A stretch of DNA of 64,000 nucleotides from Lepidodermella squamata (lineage: Eukaryota > Animalia > Gastrotricha). The stretch lies in contig JBLDXI010000032.1 of assembly GCA_047495785.1 (NCBI GenBank), positions 4,278,001 through 4,342,000 on the forward strand. The letters are read 5' to 3'. The notes under the pieces are model-generated. The model made no database searches. It was not told the DNA's origin and saw only the letters and a program-made list of their open reading frames with translations. This document shows positions 37,279 through 49,279 of the stretch, piece after piece (within the stretch, counting starts at the first letter, position 1; every line of letters begins with the position of its first letter). Position numbers and translations under genes: made by a program.

Positions 37279-37912
37279 ATGAGCTTCGAATTAATAGCTG
37301 TCACGTTGCTACACATATCTGCTGTCACACTTGGCCTTGACTGCTACATTGGCGGGTCGTACAACAATTTCGTCGATTCGGCCGGCAATAAAATGAGCAT
37401 GTCGATGCCGATTGGCAACCAATCTAACTGCTATGGCTGTGCGGTTGGTTACAATTTCTCCCATTTACACCCATTTTTCTCCTAATATTTCTGGGTTAAA
37501 GGTTTCGAAGTTTTCTTCGTTGAAATCAGGAAGTTACACTGCGATGGTGTGTGTTACAAGCAGCGATTCTAACTGCACAGCTATGGCTGTAACTCAGTCC
37601 CAAGATTACAATGCAACTTTGTGGATGGATAAGGCCCAGATTGCGAATTGTGCGTGTTGCACATCCATGTGTAACACTGAAGCGTCATGCAGTTTGCCTT
37701 CCACGGACTCGAGTAGTGCTACTAACTCTACCTCAGGGTCAACGTCTGCAGTAACTACCAAGGCTGTAACGACTGCGGCACCGCCCAAAGCATTGGCAGC
37801 CGAGACGACAACGGCGAAAAGTGGCACAACATTAACCCCAACGAAATCGGGCGTGATTTCATTGGCCAGTTTTTATTGCTTCTGGCTGGCAACGTTTTAT
37901 TACCTGTTGTAG
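37279..37912 (+). CDS. Atypical LU protein L13 (1 domain plus Ser/Thr stalk)
   Basis: Exons 37279-37443, 37502-37912; LDCYIGGSYNNFVD..CYGC / ..CACCTSMCNTEASC. Confidence 0.85.
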
Positions 37913-38489
37913 AGCTCTTCATCAGAAAAAAGACGAAAACAATTATTTATGAATCAATAGCCTGTGCCAAATTTTTTTCAAAAACTAATTTTTCGTATTA
38001 ATTTAGTGAATTAATTTCGTCTGTTTCGGTGAACATGCTAGGTGTCAAGTAAAACGTCTTTGCCTTCAATCAAGCCAACACTGTGTTATACGTGTTTTTT
38101 TTACCTAAATTTAAACTCTTAACCCCACGACGTCAGAATTTTCGTTTTGGAAGATGTGCAGTGCACGTCGGTAATAACGAGCCATACTTCTGGCTTCTCC
38201 CATGGTATTCACCCTTGCTATAGCTAAACTTTGCTTATAACGAACTTTGGTCGAACTTCCGAAAAGATTGGAGTCACAATTTTCAAAAATTTCAAATTGA
38301 AATTCCCTGACTGATTTCAGTTTCCCATCGCAGCTGTTAGCTTTCTATCTGTATAAGGTATTATGGTGATTGCTTGGTCATGTCGTTATATTTTTTGGCT
38401 AGAACGAAATGTCGCTATATTTCAGTTATAACAACACGGCCGAAAGTCAAGGATTTTTTCGTAGTTAATTTATTGTTTCGCCAACTATA

Positions 38490-39677
38490 CCGTAACGCGT
38501 CCTAACTTTGGACAAAACACCTTTTTTAATTTTAAAAAATTCGGTTTTCGTCTAAAAAAATGGAAAAAAATAGCCAAACCTCCGCCCAAGGAATCTGCGT
38601 GGACAGGTGAAGTTTGGAAAATTTAGAAGCTCACCTTGATTTTAAAAAAATAGGTAAAGAAACCTCTAAATTTGGACACTCGTTCCCAAATTTGGACACC
38701 TCATTTGCATATGCTAATTCGACCTTACACACATTTTATTCATTGTTGCGCAATTTTTCTCCTGTTTTTAAAGGCGACTTTTGTAGCCACTTGACACTAA
38801 AATATTGCTACCGATAGGATTCACTCATCGTCAGATTTAATGCAGATGTACGCAATACCAATTATACACCAGGCTTTTAATACCGTTAATGAACGATGAA
38901 TCTTCTCAAAACTATGATAAACCAGGTGAAAATGTCTCTGAAGCACCGAGTCTCACTTAGAAAGTAGACGGAGGGACTCATTCAAACCTCAACCCATGGT
39001 TTAACCTCAAACTCAGTTTCTTTATCGCCGAACTATTGATATTATTTACCGAAATTGAACTGTCATTAGTCCCATGGTACCTGCTGTTCACCTGTTTAAT
39101 TAAAGATTGGGCGCCTTCGGATTTGTATTCGGATTCATTATTATTCTCTATGCTCTCTAGCCAAAATCATGAAAGCACAGCCTAGGCCGGGAGTCATTAA
39201 GCTAATTCCAAGGTTTCATAAATGCGTTGCCATTCTTTTCAAAAACTGACAAAAAGCATACATTTCGTTTGCATATGCGTAGAGATAAAAATATCATTAA
39301 AAGTGTCCAAATTTAGAGGCTAAATTCAAAGTCACCTGTATCAAAATTGGCTTGTCCTTCTGCCGATATTTTTTTACAGAATTTAGTTTAGGTAAATCCC
39401 TATGCGCAAACAAAATTTCAGCCCTAACCGTTCACAGGTGAGCATTTGGCAAGGGGGGTCCCAAAACTCCTTTCTGAGTGATCGAGCTTCGGCGATTTTT
39501 CGCAAATCGATATGAATTATGAAAGTATTAGCAAATTTGGTACCGTTGGAAAGCCCATGAAGGGAGCTATTTTTCAGTGAAAGTTTTTAATTTTTATCAG
39601 TTATGTACAAATTGATATTTGGGTCTAAAGCTCAAAGTGTCCAAATTTGGGGTGTCCAAATTTAGGGCGCGTTACGG
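38490..39677. mobile_element. Non-autonomous DNA transposon (MITE-like, Tc1/mariner-pogo type)
   Basis: TIRs CCGTAACGCGTCCTAACTTTGGACA / TGTCCAAATTTAGGGCGCGTTACGG (23/25 match), TA on both sides (38488-38489, 39678-39679), internal AAATTTGGACAC copies in both orientations, no transposase ORF. Confidence 0.85.
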
Positions 39678-40136
39678 TATAGCGACATGGCCAAGAAAGC
39701 ATATTATGGTAGTGCCCACTAGTTTTCATCGTTTATAATGTCCTATTCGCTCGAAACTGGTAGGGGCGATGTTTGCTTACAAGTATATGAAGATCCAATT
39801 TATCATGCTTTAGTGCATTTGTCATCGCATTGCAGTATGTATCACTTGTTTTTTGTTGCACTCAAAAATCCATTTGCACATGCAGGTTTCGTTTTTTCGA
39901 CTTCCTAATTCGCAACAACTTCACGTCGTTATGAAGGTAAAAAATGCAGATACCAATTTTGACAGCTGAAAAGCAGTCATGCTAAAAGCAGGTAGCTGGT
40001 ATCCGATGAATTTGACACGCATATAGCGAACTATGGCTACCGCTGATCGATAAACAACCTATTACTTGTTGCATTAATGCGAACAAAGCCACGCCTCGTG
40101 CATGAGAAGCCTGCTCTTCACTCATTCTGCTCGAAA

Positions 40137-41107
40137 ATGAACTCTGCCACAGTTCTGATTTTGGTAGCTTTGGCTGAATTTGGGCGTGCTCTCGACTGCT
40201 ACGAAGGCTACACTTATTTTAATTTTAAAGATCTTAATGGCAACGCTGTTCCGGATTGGAATGTCTCCACAACGAAATCAGGATGTGTCCAATGCATGGT
40301 AATAACATTCGAAAATGTTTACAAAAATTTGATGGACTCTTGGTAATGTTAGTACATTAATACAACAACGCTGAAATCGGGAGGTTACGTTTCGTTTGGT
40401 TGTATCGGTTCAGATTCAGCAACAACATGCTCCCCGGGCAGTGGTATTTCTACGACGCCTTACGGCTCAAGCGACACGGCCACTCTTGCATCATGCACGT
40501 GTTGCTCCGCCAAGTGCAACACCAACTGCGTGGCAGCAACTGGAACAGGTAGTTCGGGTTCCTCAGGTACTTCGACAGGTGGACTGCAATGCAATGTCGC
40601 ATATAATTACGCTAATTTTGTCGATGCAAATGGCAACAAACTGACCTCATCAATTGCCTCCACAACACAGTCCAATTGCAGCGCCTGTACCGTATGACCT
40701 ATGATCAGCGCATTTGATCATTTTTCAACATAAAATTGTTTCAGGTCAGCAAATTCGATTCCGTCAAGTCAGGTAGTTACGTAGCTCTAACTTGCACATC
40801 CGGTTCTGGCTCACAAAGCTGCCAGTCTATGCAAATGACCATGACTCAGGACTACATCACTACACTTGGAACGGATAAAACCACGACAGCCAGCTGTTCG
40901 TGTTGCTCGTCCCTTTGCAACACGGAATCGTCATGTTACGGCACTACTAGCAGTACTAGTACTAGCACGAGTACCCTAAAAGTTCTCTCATCCACGGCTG
41001 GAGCTACTAACGCGAAGTCAACTAAAAATTCTGCTGGCTCGCATGGTTCCATCATGAGACAAGTCTATTTTATGGCTGCCTTCACAATCATGCTACTGCT
41101 TGCCTAA
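40137..41107 (+). CDS. Atypical LU protein L14 (2 tandem domains)
   Basis: Exons 40137-40298, 40353-40691, 40745-41107; CTCCSAKCNTNC, CSCCSSLCNTESSC. Confidence 0.85.
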
Positions 41108-41680
41108 ATTCAACTGTTTATACCTTCTAAATCTAAGTAGTATTTTCACCTTTAGAGATACATTTTGTGATGATGAAATGGATGCTCAAATCACATATCC
41201 AACATGATGAGCGTCGCTTTTTCCCGGTTAATCTTTTGACTTATTCACCACTGAAACAAGCACCTAAACGTTTTCATGAGAGCGCTTAGCTCACATCTCG
41301 CTAAAAATTAAAATTGCAATGGATTTCTGCAACAAGATAACACAAGATTCCGCGAACACTGATGAAATAAAGCCAATTCATTGTCGTGAAAACATTTTCC
41401 GACCAATCGAAATTCCAACCAACAAAGGTCTACATGAGATGACATAACAAAACTGTGAGTAAGCATGCGCGGCTACTTGGTCAACTAGCTTTCTGAAGCC
41501 TCGGAAATTTTCATTTCCGTGGGTGCAAACTCGCTTTTGTTTGAGGGGGCAGACTGATGGCATTCAATAACTCAGGGGCTGCGCAATAAAAGAGCGATCA
41601 ATGCAACATATTTGTTTCAAAGGCAAACATAGGTGATCTTCGGATGCGAAAGCAAGTTTCCACGCATTCTGTCGAAAAAT

Positions 41681-42625
41681 ATGAAATCTGTCGCCTTGCT
41701 ACTTTTGCTAGGATTAACAGACCTAGCTTTTGCCATTGACTGCCTCGAGGGCTATGCATATTTCAACTTCAAAGATGAAAATAGTACCGCTATTCCGAAT
41801 TCGAATATTTCGTATACCAGAAGTGGATGTGTTCAATGCATGGTATGTCTTAACAATCAGAACAATTTAATTGTGATAGTCTATTTTATAGTACACGAAC
41901 ATGACAACGCTGAAATCTGGAAGTTTCGTAAATTTTGGCTGCATGAATGACTCGGCGACATCATGTTCGCTGGCAAAAAGCGTATCATCGTCGACTTATG
42001 CATCAACTGATGCAGCCATCGTTGCAACTTGCACTTGCTGCTCCGATAATTGCAACGCCAATTGCGTTATACCCAATGGATTCACCTTTTCATCTGCCGT
42101 CTCTTCGTCCTCATTGCAATGCAATGTCGCCGGCAACTACGTCAACTACGTGGCCACAAATGGTGAACAATTGACTCATTCTATGCCGCCAACCATACAA
42201 CCCAACTGCACAGCTTGCGGCGTGAGTTAGCATTCAACAATATTGAACATTTTCTACCTAAATTCAATCTTTGATAGTTCGGCACTTTCGATTCTGCGAA
42301 ATCTGGCAGTTTTCAAGTGCAAACTTGTGTCACCGACCCATCACCGCAGGGCTGTCAGCCTGTGCAACTGACCATGACTCAGGACTACAACACGACGCTC
42401 GGCACGGATAAAGCAACATCGGCTAACTGCGTGTGTTGCTCGTCTCTTTGCAACGCGGATTCATCATGCTCCGGCTCTGTGAACACCGTCGCACCGGCAG
42501 CCTCAGGCGGCGGAATGGAATCACAGCAAACAACTTCTAAACCTAAAAACTCAGCAAGCTCCAGGTTCCCGATTTCTTTTTCAGCTGATTTGGTGGCTAT
42601 TTTCAGCATTTTTCTGTTATTTTGA
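41681..42625 (+). CDS. Atypical LU protein L15 (2 tandem domains), paralog of L14
   Basis: Exons 41681-41842, 41892-42221, 42278-42625; DC.EGY.YFNFKD shared with L14. Confidence 0.85.
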
Positions 42626-42701
42626 ATTTAATAGAGAAAAACAAACACTTGTTGTTGTAACCATGTTGTAATATCTACGTTTCAATAAAGTCTAGATGTT
42701 A

Positions 42702-45149
42702 TCAATTTGGCGCAACTTTTACCGGCGCACTGATTCGCATAGCAAGCTTCACAGCCTCGCCCTTTTGCGCGAAAGTGACTTTTTTCGAGATTGCCCGTGT
42801 AGGTGGCCTCAGAAATTTAGACCCAACAGCGCATGCGACTGTTAGGGGAGCGATAATAAGGATAAATGCCGAGCATGAAATTAGCACGTGTTTTTCGTCT
42901 TGCCAACGAATGATGGCGACGAAACACGCTGCGATCGTAAGCAACAGAAATTGATACATGCAATTTGAACACAGAAATTTGAGGTAGCTGCTTGTGTGAG
43001 CAAACCGCTCCGGGTGCCGCTTTAAAGCGCTTCGCAGACTCAGCGAATATCGAACATTCATTGCCAGCATTAAAAGCTGAGCAACGCCATCGATTGTCAC
43101 TAAAACTGCGGATACGCTATCAGGTGGGAAAAATATCGACTGGAGGACATTGCACTCTTGATGCCAAAATTGAACTGCCGTGCTGATGTCGCTTTTTGAC
43201 ACTTCACTCATCGCGAGCGTAACTGAGTTTTGAAAGGGAGAAAAGCCTATTGCCGCGGCTAAAATTGCCGTTTGAATGATAGCCCATTCCACGGGTACCA
43301 TGAAATTACTATACAGAGCCTTTTTCAATTCCTGCCGAAGTTTAGCCATTAAACTGGCGACTAAACACGAAAAACCAGAACAAATCATGACGCAGATGGA
43401 GAGGCAATTACTGACGAAAGATGGCTGCAGGTACAGAGGTATAGCGAACGTGTGCCCGACTAAAACGATCGCGCCTAATAAAATTACGTAATCCAAGTGG
43501 TCGAGATATCGTACGCGATGAGACGCTTTCAGGCTGAATAGACCAATAGCAATGAAGACAGCGGCTTCCAGCGATGCGATTACCTTCAATGTTATGCTGA
43601 TTTCAGTGTTTAGCATGGGCAGAGTAGCATTAATGATTTTTAGGTCGTCCTTTGGCGGCAATCTATCGTGAGTTTGCCAAATAATATTTTCCGGTATCAA
43701 GTCTAAACGCCCCGTTCCGTTCGATCTGTACATCGCAACGACATTACCGTGGGGAAATTGTCGGAAAGCAATCGGAGAATCCGAGTCCATCCAATCTATG
43801 CCTCGATCGTAGCGGAAATAACCCTTTTGGCCAACCATGCTCGTTCTGAAAATAGCCTCTTTTAAAATTGAAAAACTCTGCAACCCTGTTGATCGGAAAA
43901 ATGGCCGATTCGTCGAAAGATCAGCGAGAGTCATGTTACGTTCGCGTAACAAATTTTCCGCTTCATTTAGCACGAGACCGAAAAACAGAGCTCGGTCGTA
44001 GTAAAGAGGTGCAAAATGGTCGAAGGCAGCTATTTCACCAAGTCCAGAAATTCTTGATTCAAACTCACGCTTCAGTTCATCAAGAGATAGCCCTGTGCTG
44101 TCACGATGCAGACCGTGTCCGACGATTTCATTAAGCGTTGCATCTGCGAAATTTATCACGTTCCTTAAAGAAAGTTGAAGCATTTTCAGGGTGCACCAAT
44201 GCGTGACTGCGGTAGGAACCTGTAAAGGGGTCATCAGCATGAACTGTGAGGTTACAACGAATCCTGGGCCGTATAAGCCATACCGGTACAGGTAGCAGCC
44301 CATCAACGCAATCATCGGAGTTGCACAGTGAATTATTCGAGGATTGCGTTTACGCATCTCCTCAAACATTTGCTCTATTTGAGCCTCTGAAGTTTCACCA
44401 ATCATAGTCGCGACACCGTAGTAGGCTAGGGTCACATGCCTTTTCTCCAGCTCTTTGATGAGAAGTTCGTTAAGCTGAAGGCTGAAAATGTCGGGGTCAC
44501 TCAGGATAGAAATCCTGTGCCAGCCCATTCGCACTATGAAGTAAGCTAGAGCTCGCGGATAGTTGTCTGAAGCTGGTCCCATGGGGTAGTAGGTGTCGTA
44601 GTAGTCTCGCCGCAGTCTCCCACGTGGTCCTTGAACATTGAACGAAAAGCCGAGCAAGCGCAAAGGAGCCATCATCATGGCGAGAACAGCTTGGCCGAAC
44701 ATCCCGCAGTCGGGAAGTATGACAACGGGAAGTCTGTTGTGAACCAAGTCGTTGTAGTGCAGCTTCCGAGTCACACGGCTTATCGATACTGCATCTCGGC
44801 ACTTCAAACAAATCAACAGATTGGGTTGTTGAAATTAAACTTAAATTACCTCATCGTCGATTGGTTCGAAAACGATTTCGTAATCAGGAAGCCATTGAGC
44901 AGACGAATTTCGCAATCTATCTAGGGCTATGGACATAGCCACTGTCGAAACTGGACCTAGATACCATAGGCCGTCATAAAGCGTGGAAACCACGACTTTG
45001 ATGATCGTTCTATTGGCAGCTGCTGAGGTGTTCAGCTGGCTGGATCCAACCTGTTGCGGCAATGGGCTGTCGTTGGGGATGCGTTGCATCAAGGACTGTC
45101 GACAGGCGTATAGCAGAAATATTAGGCTGAAGCCCGTATTCAAAACCAT
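42702..45149 (-). CDS. Class C GPCR, GABA-B-receptor-like (Venus flytrap plus 7TM, no Cys-rich domain), ~799 aa, 2 exons
   Basis: Exons 45149-44850, 44801-42702; signal peptide, WLPDYEI..DDECRD, MGWHRISIL, NPRII, YRYGLYGP, WQTHDRLPPKD directly before TM1, seven hydrophobic segments. Confidence 0.8.
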
Positions 45150-45620
45150 TCCCGTTTTATTCAGGTCAGTTGTTGGCAAAATGATTAAGACATAAAAAGT
45201 GTCTATGAACGAGTGCCATTTTTACGAACGTGACTTTATGCGGAAATAGGGTCCTGCATAAAAAGATCAACGTGTTTATTAACCGATAAATAGGCCAATA
45301 ATGGATACTTGATATTTTCCTTCAACTTCAGCAAAGTGAATAATTGTCACACTTAGCTTGGTTGCGTCGCAGCTAACATGGATGTGGCATGAACGAGGGC
45401 AACAGTGAACCCTCCAGATGTGCCTGTGAAAAACGAAGCAGCGAAACTGGTGTAGAGGGTAATAGCCTTTTGTATCTGTGAAAAAAATTCTGCAGGAAGC
45501 GTGGTTCGATTTCCTGCGCCAAGTACCGTGTTTGACTGGCACCTGGGGAAATGGCTGAATTCACGCAGTTGTACTACGACGAGCATTGTGCACTAACCAA
45601 AAAAGACTCAATTATATGTG

Positions 45621-46999
45621 ATGGTTTTTTTAGCTTCACGAGGTTCATGTGTCATGATATTGGCCACTGTGTTTGATCTTGTGAAAATATCTAACGGCGG
45701 TTTCTCAGCAAACTTGAGGGCGAACTTTTTGAAGCTATGCCCCGAGGCAGACTCTGATGCCTTGCCTTTAGATGTAGCGCGATCAACGAATTTTAGCAAG
45801 CCAATGACAGTCGAGGCTCGGTTTATACTATACCGATTCATCGAAATAAACGACCTCGAGAAGCGGTAAAACAGTCTGAATTATGGCCCGATTAATCTTA
45901 TTCTTGCCTTTTACCTTATAATATACCAGGCTGTCAATATTTGCCGATTTTATGTTTCAATGGAATTATCCCTGCCCACAAGCTGATTGCATTCGGCTTC
46001 TGGAGGATGCCTCAGAGTGCTCTACGAACCCAGCCGTAGATAATCTATATTTCCTTTTGAAGACTGACTCGTCTTGGTGCCCGTCGTTGGTGCATATAAA
46101 TGCTATCGATCGGTCTCTTGTTCTCCAAGACCAATCGAGCCATGCTATCTGGGTCTACCCATTCAACGATGTTCAAGCTTTTTGGAATGTTTTCACGCGA
46201 TACGACTCAGCTTGCAGCACTTTCTCCTTTCGTCGATTCCCGTTCGATTTTCTGAATTGCTCGCTCATTTTCGATGCAGCCGACAATATCGGCTTCATTT
46301 ACTACAATTTAACCAGGTTTGCTGTGGATATTTCGATGAGAGGTCATTTTATGACTGGCACTGAAATTTGGCAACTCGTTGAACCTTTGACGAGCGAGAC
46401 TGTAGTCACTGAGCAGTACGACGGGTCTAATTACCAGCGAATTTTCTTGCACATAGCTTTCAAGAGAATCCCAAACTCGTTTATCTATAGCATTTTCCTT
46501 CCAACCCTGGGTCTGATGATTTTACAACTGTCATCTCTCGCCATGGCGCCGCATTTTCCTGACCGTCCTACTTTCAGCATCACCGTGGTTCTGTCTTATG
46601 CTGTGTTACTAACTGTCATCAACCAAAGCATACCACTTACGTCGGAGCCAGTTTATTTGGTATGTTTTTTGCTGCATTCTTCGCATTGGTTTTTATGTTG
46701 CTTTTCTTGCTATATAGGTTTACATGGTAACGACAAAGTTCGCCTGCGCAGTTCTGATAACAATTTACACGCTAATAGCTTGTTGTTGGGCGTGCAAAGA
46801 GCGCCGGGCTCGGAAGAAACAGAAGCGGCTGTTAAAGCAGGACCTTCTCGCCGAAACCACCAAAACCGAAATACGAGGCTATCGCGTGTTGAAATGGAGC
46901 CGTGTTCGCATTTCCGACTTTGTCGTAGCTTGTGTGGTTTTTGCGATCGTCCTGATTTCTGACTGCGTCTACTTTAGCCTCATGCTCGCAGATGACTGA
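45621..46999 (+). CDS. Divergent Cys-loop channel subunit C1 (3 exons)
   Basis: Exons 45621-45865, 45930-46659, 46718-46999; FIEINDLEKR, WCPSLVHIN, CSTFSFRRFPFDFLNC, FKRIP, M1-M4. Confidence 0.85.
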
Positions 47000-47549
47000 T
47001 TACAAAATCAATTTTCAAGCTTCATGGCTTGTTTGAACAATCGCGTTTTTTCTGAAACATGGGAAAGCTAATTTGATAATCAAACAAAGAAAAACTCTAC
47101 AATTCTTCTCCGAAAGTTGATGACGAAATAATATGGCCGTGGTGGCCCGGCCCATTCTCATTTCATCTGCTCATTAGCAGTTTCTGTATAATGGCCAACA
47201 ATGGCTTTCCACTCCAGTATTTTTTGGCTGACGCTGGATTTCAAAAAAAATTTACCGATCGGATCGAAATTTGTTGAAGGATTAGAGGAAGTTTGTTGAA
47301 GGACTAGATCATTCGAGGCCGAGCAGCTGGATTTAATTAACTTACCCATAATATTTACTCTGGTCGATTCGAAGTCGATCCTGCGACCATTCCGTGAGAT
47401 TTTTTGTTGAGTCAATAAAAAGCAATTGTAATTACCAGCCGTCGATTGTTATTGATCAAAAAGAACCTCAGATACGCCATATCCTGCAAGAGAACGATGA
47501 ACGTTATATGCTTTAGTGGCATTGCCTTTTAGTCTTCTGGTGATTCGCG

Positions 47550-48743
47550 ATGCCTCAAATGGGTCTTATAGCCTTCATAATCTTCATGATAGTAATCATG
47601 AAAGCTGAAGGTGATGATCAGTTCAAAAATGATACAGTTTTTGAGCGATTGAGCTCGCGATTCTTCAACTTATGCCCAGCTGCCCGATCTAAATACCTGC
47701 CTCTTGAGGTGCTGAAATACAACAGCGTGCAAGGGAAAACGGGCAATGACCGCTTACTAACGGTCAAAATCATTGCATCTTTTTACCGTTTCATCGAGAT
47801 CAGCGATGTAGATAGACGGCTTTCGATGATGGCGGAAATGCGATACTATTGGAGTTTTCCATGCCCTACTTTCACCTGCGATCAACTATTGGACGGTGAT
47901 GATAGAGCCGTTTGCAACTTCCCAGAGTTACATTTTTTTGTATCCCCGAGCACCATATGGTATCCAGTCTTGACTCATATAAATGGATTTGAGAAAGCAC
48001 GGCCCACTGACGATGAAATCGCAGCGATTCCCATGTGGATCTATCCTCACACGTCGATTGGGTTCTGGTCGTTTTTCGCCAGGTTCGATTCAACCTGCAA
48101 GTCCTTTCAGTTCAGCAAATTCCCATTTGATACGTTGAACTGTTCGTTGATGATGGAAAGTGATGACCCAATGGTCTTGTATTGGCCTCAGGAAATGAAG
48201 CTCGAAGAAAGCCCTGGTTCTAGCTTCATAAGAAATGTAGAGCTTTGGCAGTTGTTAGAAATGTCCCCTCGAATCGAAATGCTCTCTGACCACGAGAGCA
48301 CTTTTTGCCGCGTGTATTTTTCGATGTTGTACCAGCGCAAGCCTTATTACTACGTTTGCAACATGTTCCTACCAACTCTGCTGCTTTTTGTTGTTCAAAT
48401 CGTATCGTTAAGTGTTCATCCAGACTCTGGCGAAAGATCAAACTTGTGCATCACCGTTATGCTAGCTTACACTGTCATATTAACAATGATTTACGATCAG
48501 ATTCCGCGAACGTCAGAACCGGTTTACTTGGTCTATATGGTGGTGACAAAATTCGCCTGTGGTGCGGTTATCACCATCTACATGCTGATCATTTGGCAAA
48601 TCGCAAAGAAAAATAAGCTGACATGTAGAAAAATATGCAATGTAAACGCTATCCGCTTCGCCGATATTATTGTTGCTAGTCTGTCTCTATCATCTGTCGC
48701 TATCTCCGACATTGTCTATTTTACATTGATGACCAGTGGCTAA
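47550..48743 (+). CDS. Divergent Cys-loop channel subunit C2 (intronless CDS)
   Basis: 397-aa ORF: signal peptide, WYPVLTHIN, CKSFQFSKFPFDTLNC, YQRKPYYY, PDSGERS, IPRTSEP, 4 TM. Confidence 0.9.
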   Translation: MPQMGLIAFIIFMIVIMKAEGDDQFKNDTVFERLSSRFFNLCPAARSKYLPLEVLKYNSVQGKTGNDRLLTVKIIASFYRFIEISDVDRRLSMMAEMRYYWSFPCPTFTCDQLLDGDDRAVCNFPELHFFVSPSTIWYPVLTHINGFEKARPTDDEIAAIPMWIYPHTSIGFWSFFARFDSTCKSFQFSKFPFDTLNCSLMMESDDPMVLYWPQEMKLEESPGSSFIRNVELWQLLEMSPRIEMLSDHESTFCRVYFSMLYQRKPYYYVCNMFLPTLLLFVVQIVSLSVHPDSGERSNLCITVMLAYTVILTMIYDQIPRTSEPVYLVYMVVTKFACGAVITIYMLIIWQIAKKNKLTCRKICNVNAIRFADIIVASLSLSSVAISDIVYFTLMTSG

Positions 48744-49279
48744 AAAGTGAATATGTTAAATCTACCAAATTACAGCTAGGAACGACCCATGTCCACTTTT
48801 CGGCAGTTTGTTTTAGTTGAATAAAAACACGCCATCGGCATCCTGTTTGGAAGTTTTTGCTATAAGCCAGTTTTGCTAAAACATCCATCCAGGCAGTTAA
48901 AGAACCAAATTTTAGACCGGGAACAAGTCAAAATCGTGCATAGAAAATACTGAATCGATGTCGTAATTTAGAAGGCATTCCTAGCTTTGATAGCTCTAGA
49001 ATCTACTAACTAATTGCAAATCATCTCAATTCCTATTTTGGGCGAGTCGTATCCTGAATACTCCGGTCTACCCTGCTAGCTTCGCTTGCCAAGCAAATAA
49101 ACGTTTGACCAAATTGACATTCCAATCAATGAAACCTTTTATGGTGAGTATGATTGAATACTGTTTGATTGATTTCGATGTGTTATACCTAAATATAAAG
49201 GGGATTAATTCGAGTTAGTAATTTTAAATTTTAGGTGCATAGTCATTTTAACGTCTCGATTTATAATAAGCTATATGTT

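Noticed and set aside
38660-39660. CRISPR-like or satellite repeats (aaatttggacac)
   Set aside because: Irregular spacing, both orientations, inside a TIR element in a eukaryotic genome
16932-42625. Array as one Dscam/protocadherin-like gene with variable exons
   Set aside because: Each unit has its own ATG, signal peptide, hydrophobic tail and stop; no shared constant exon found
16932-42625. TGF-beta/activin receptor ectodomains or secreted venom toxins
   Set aside because: No kinase domain follows, and nearly all members end in GPI-type hydrophobic tails
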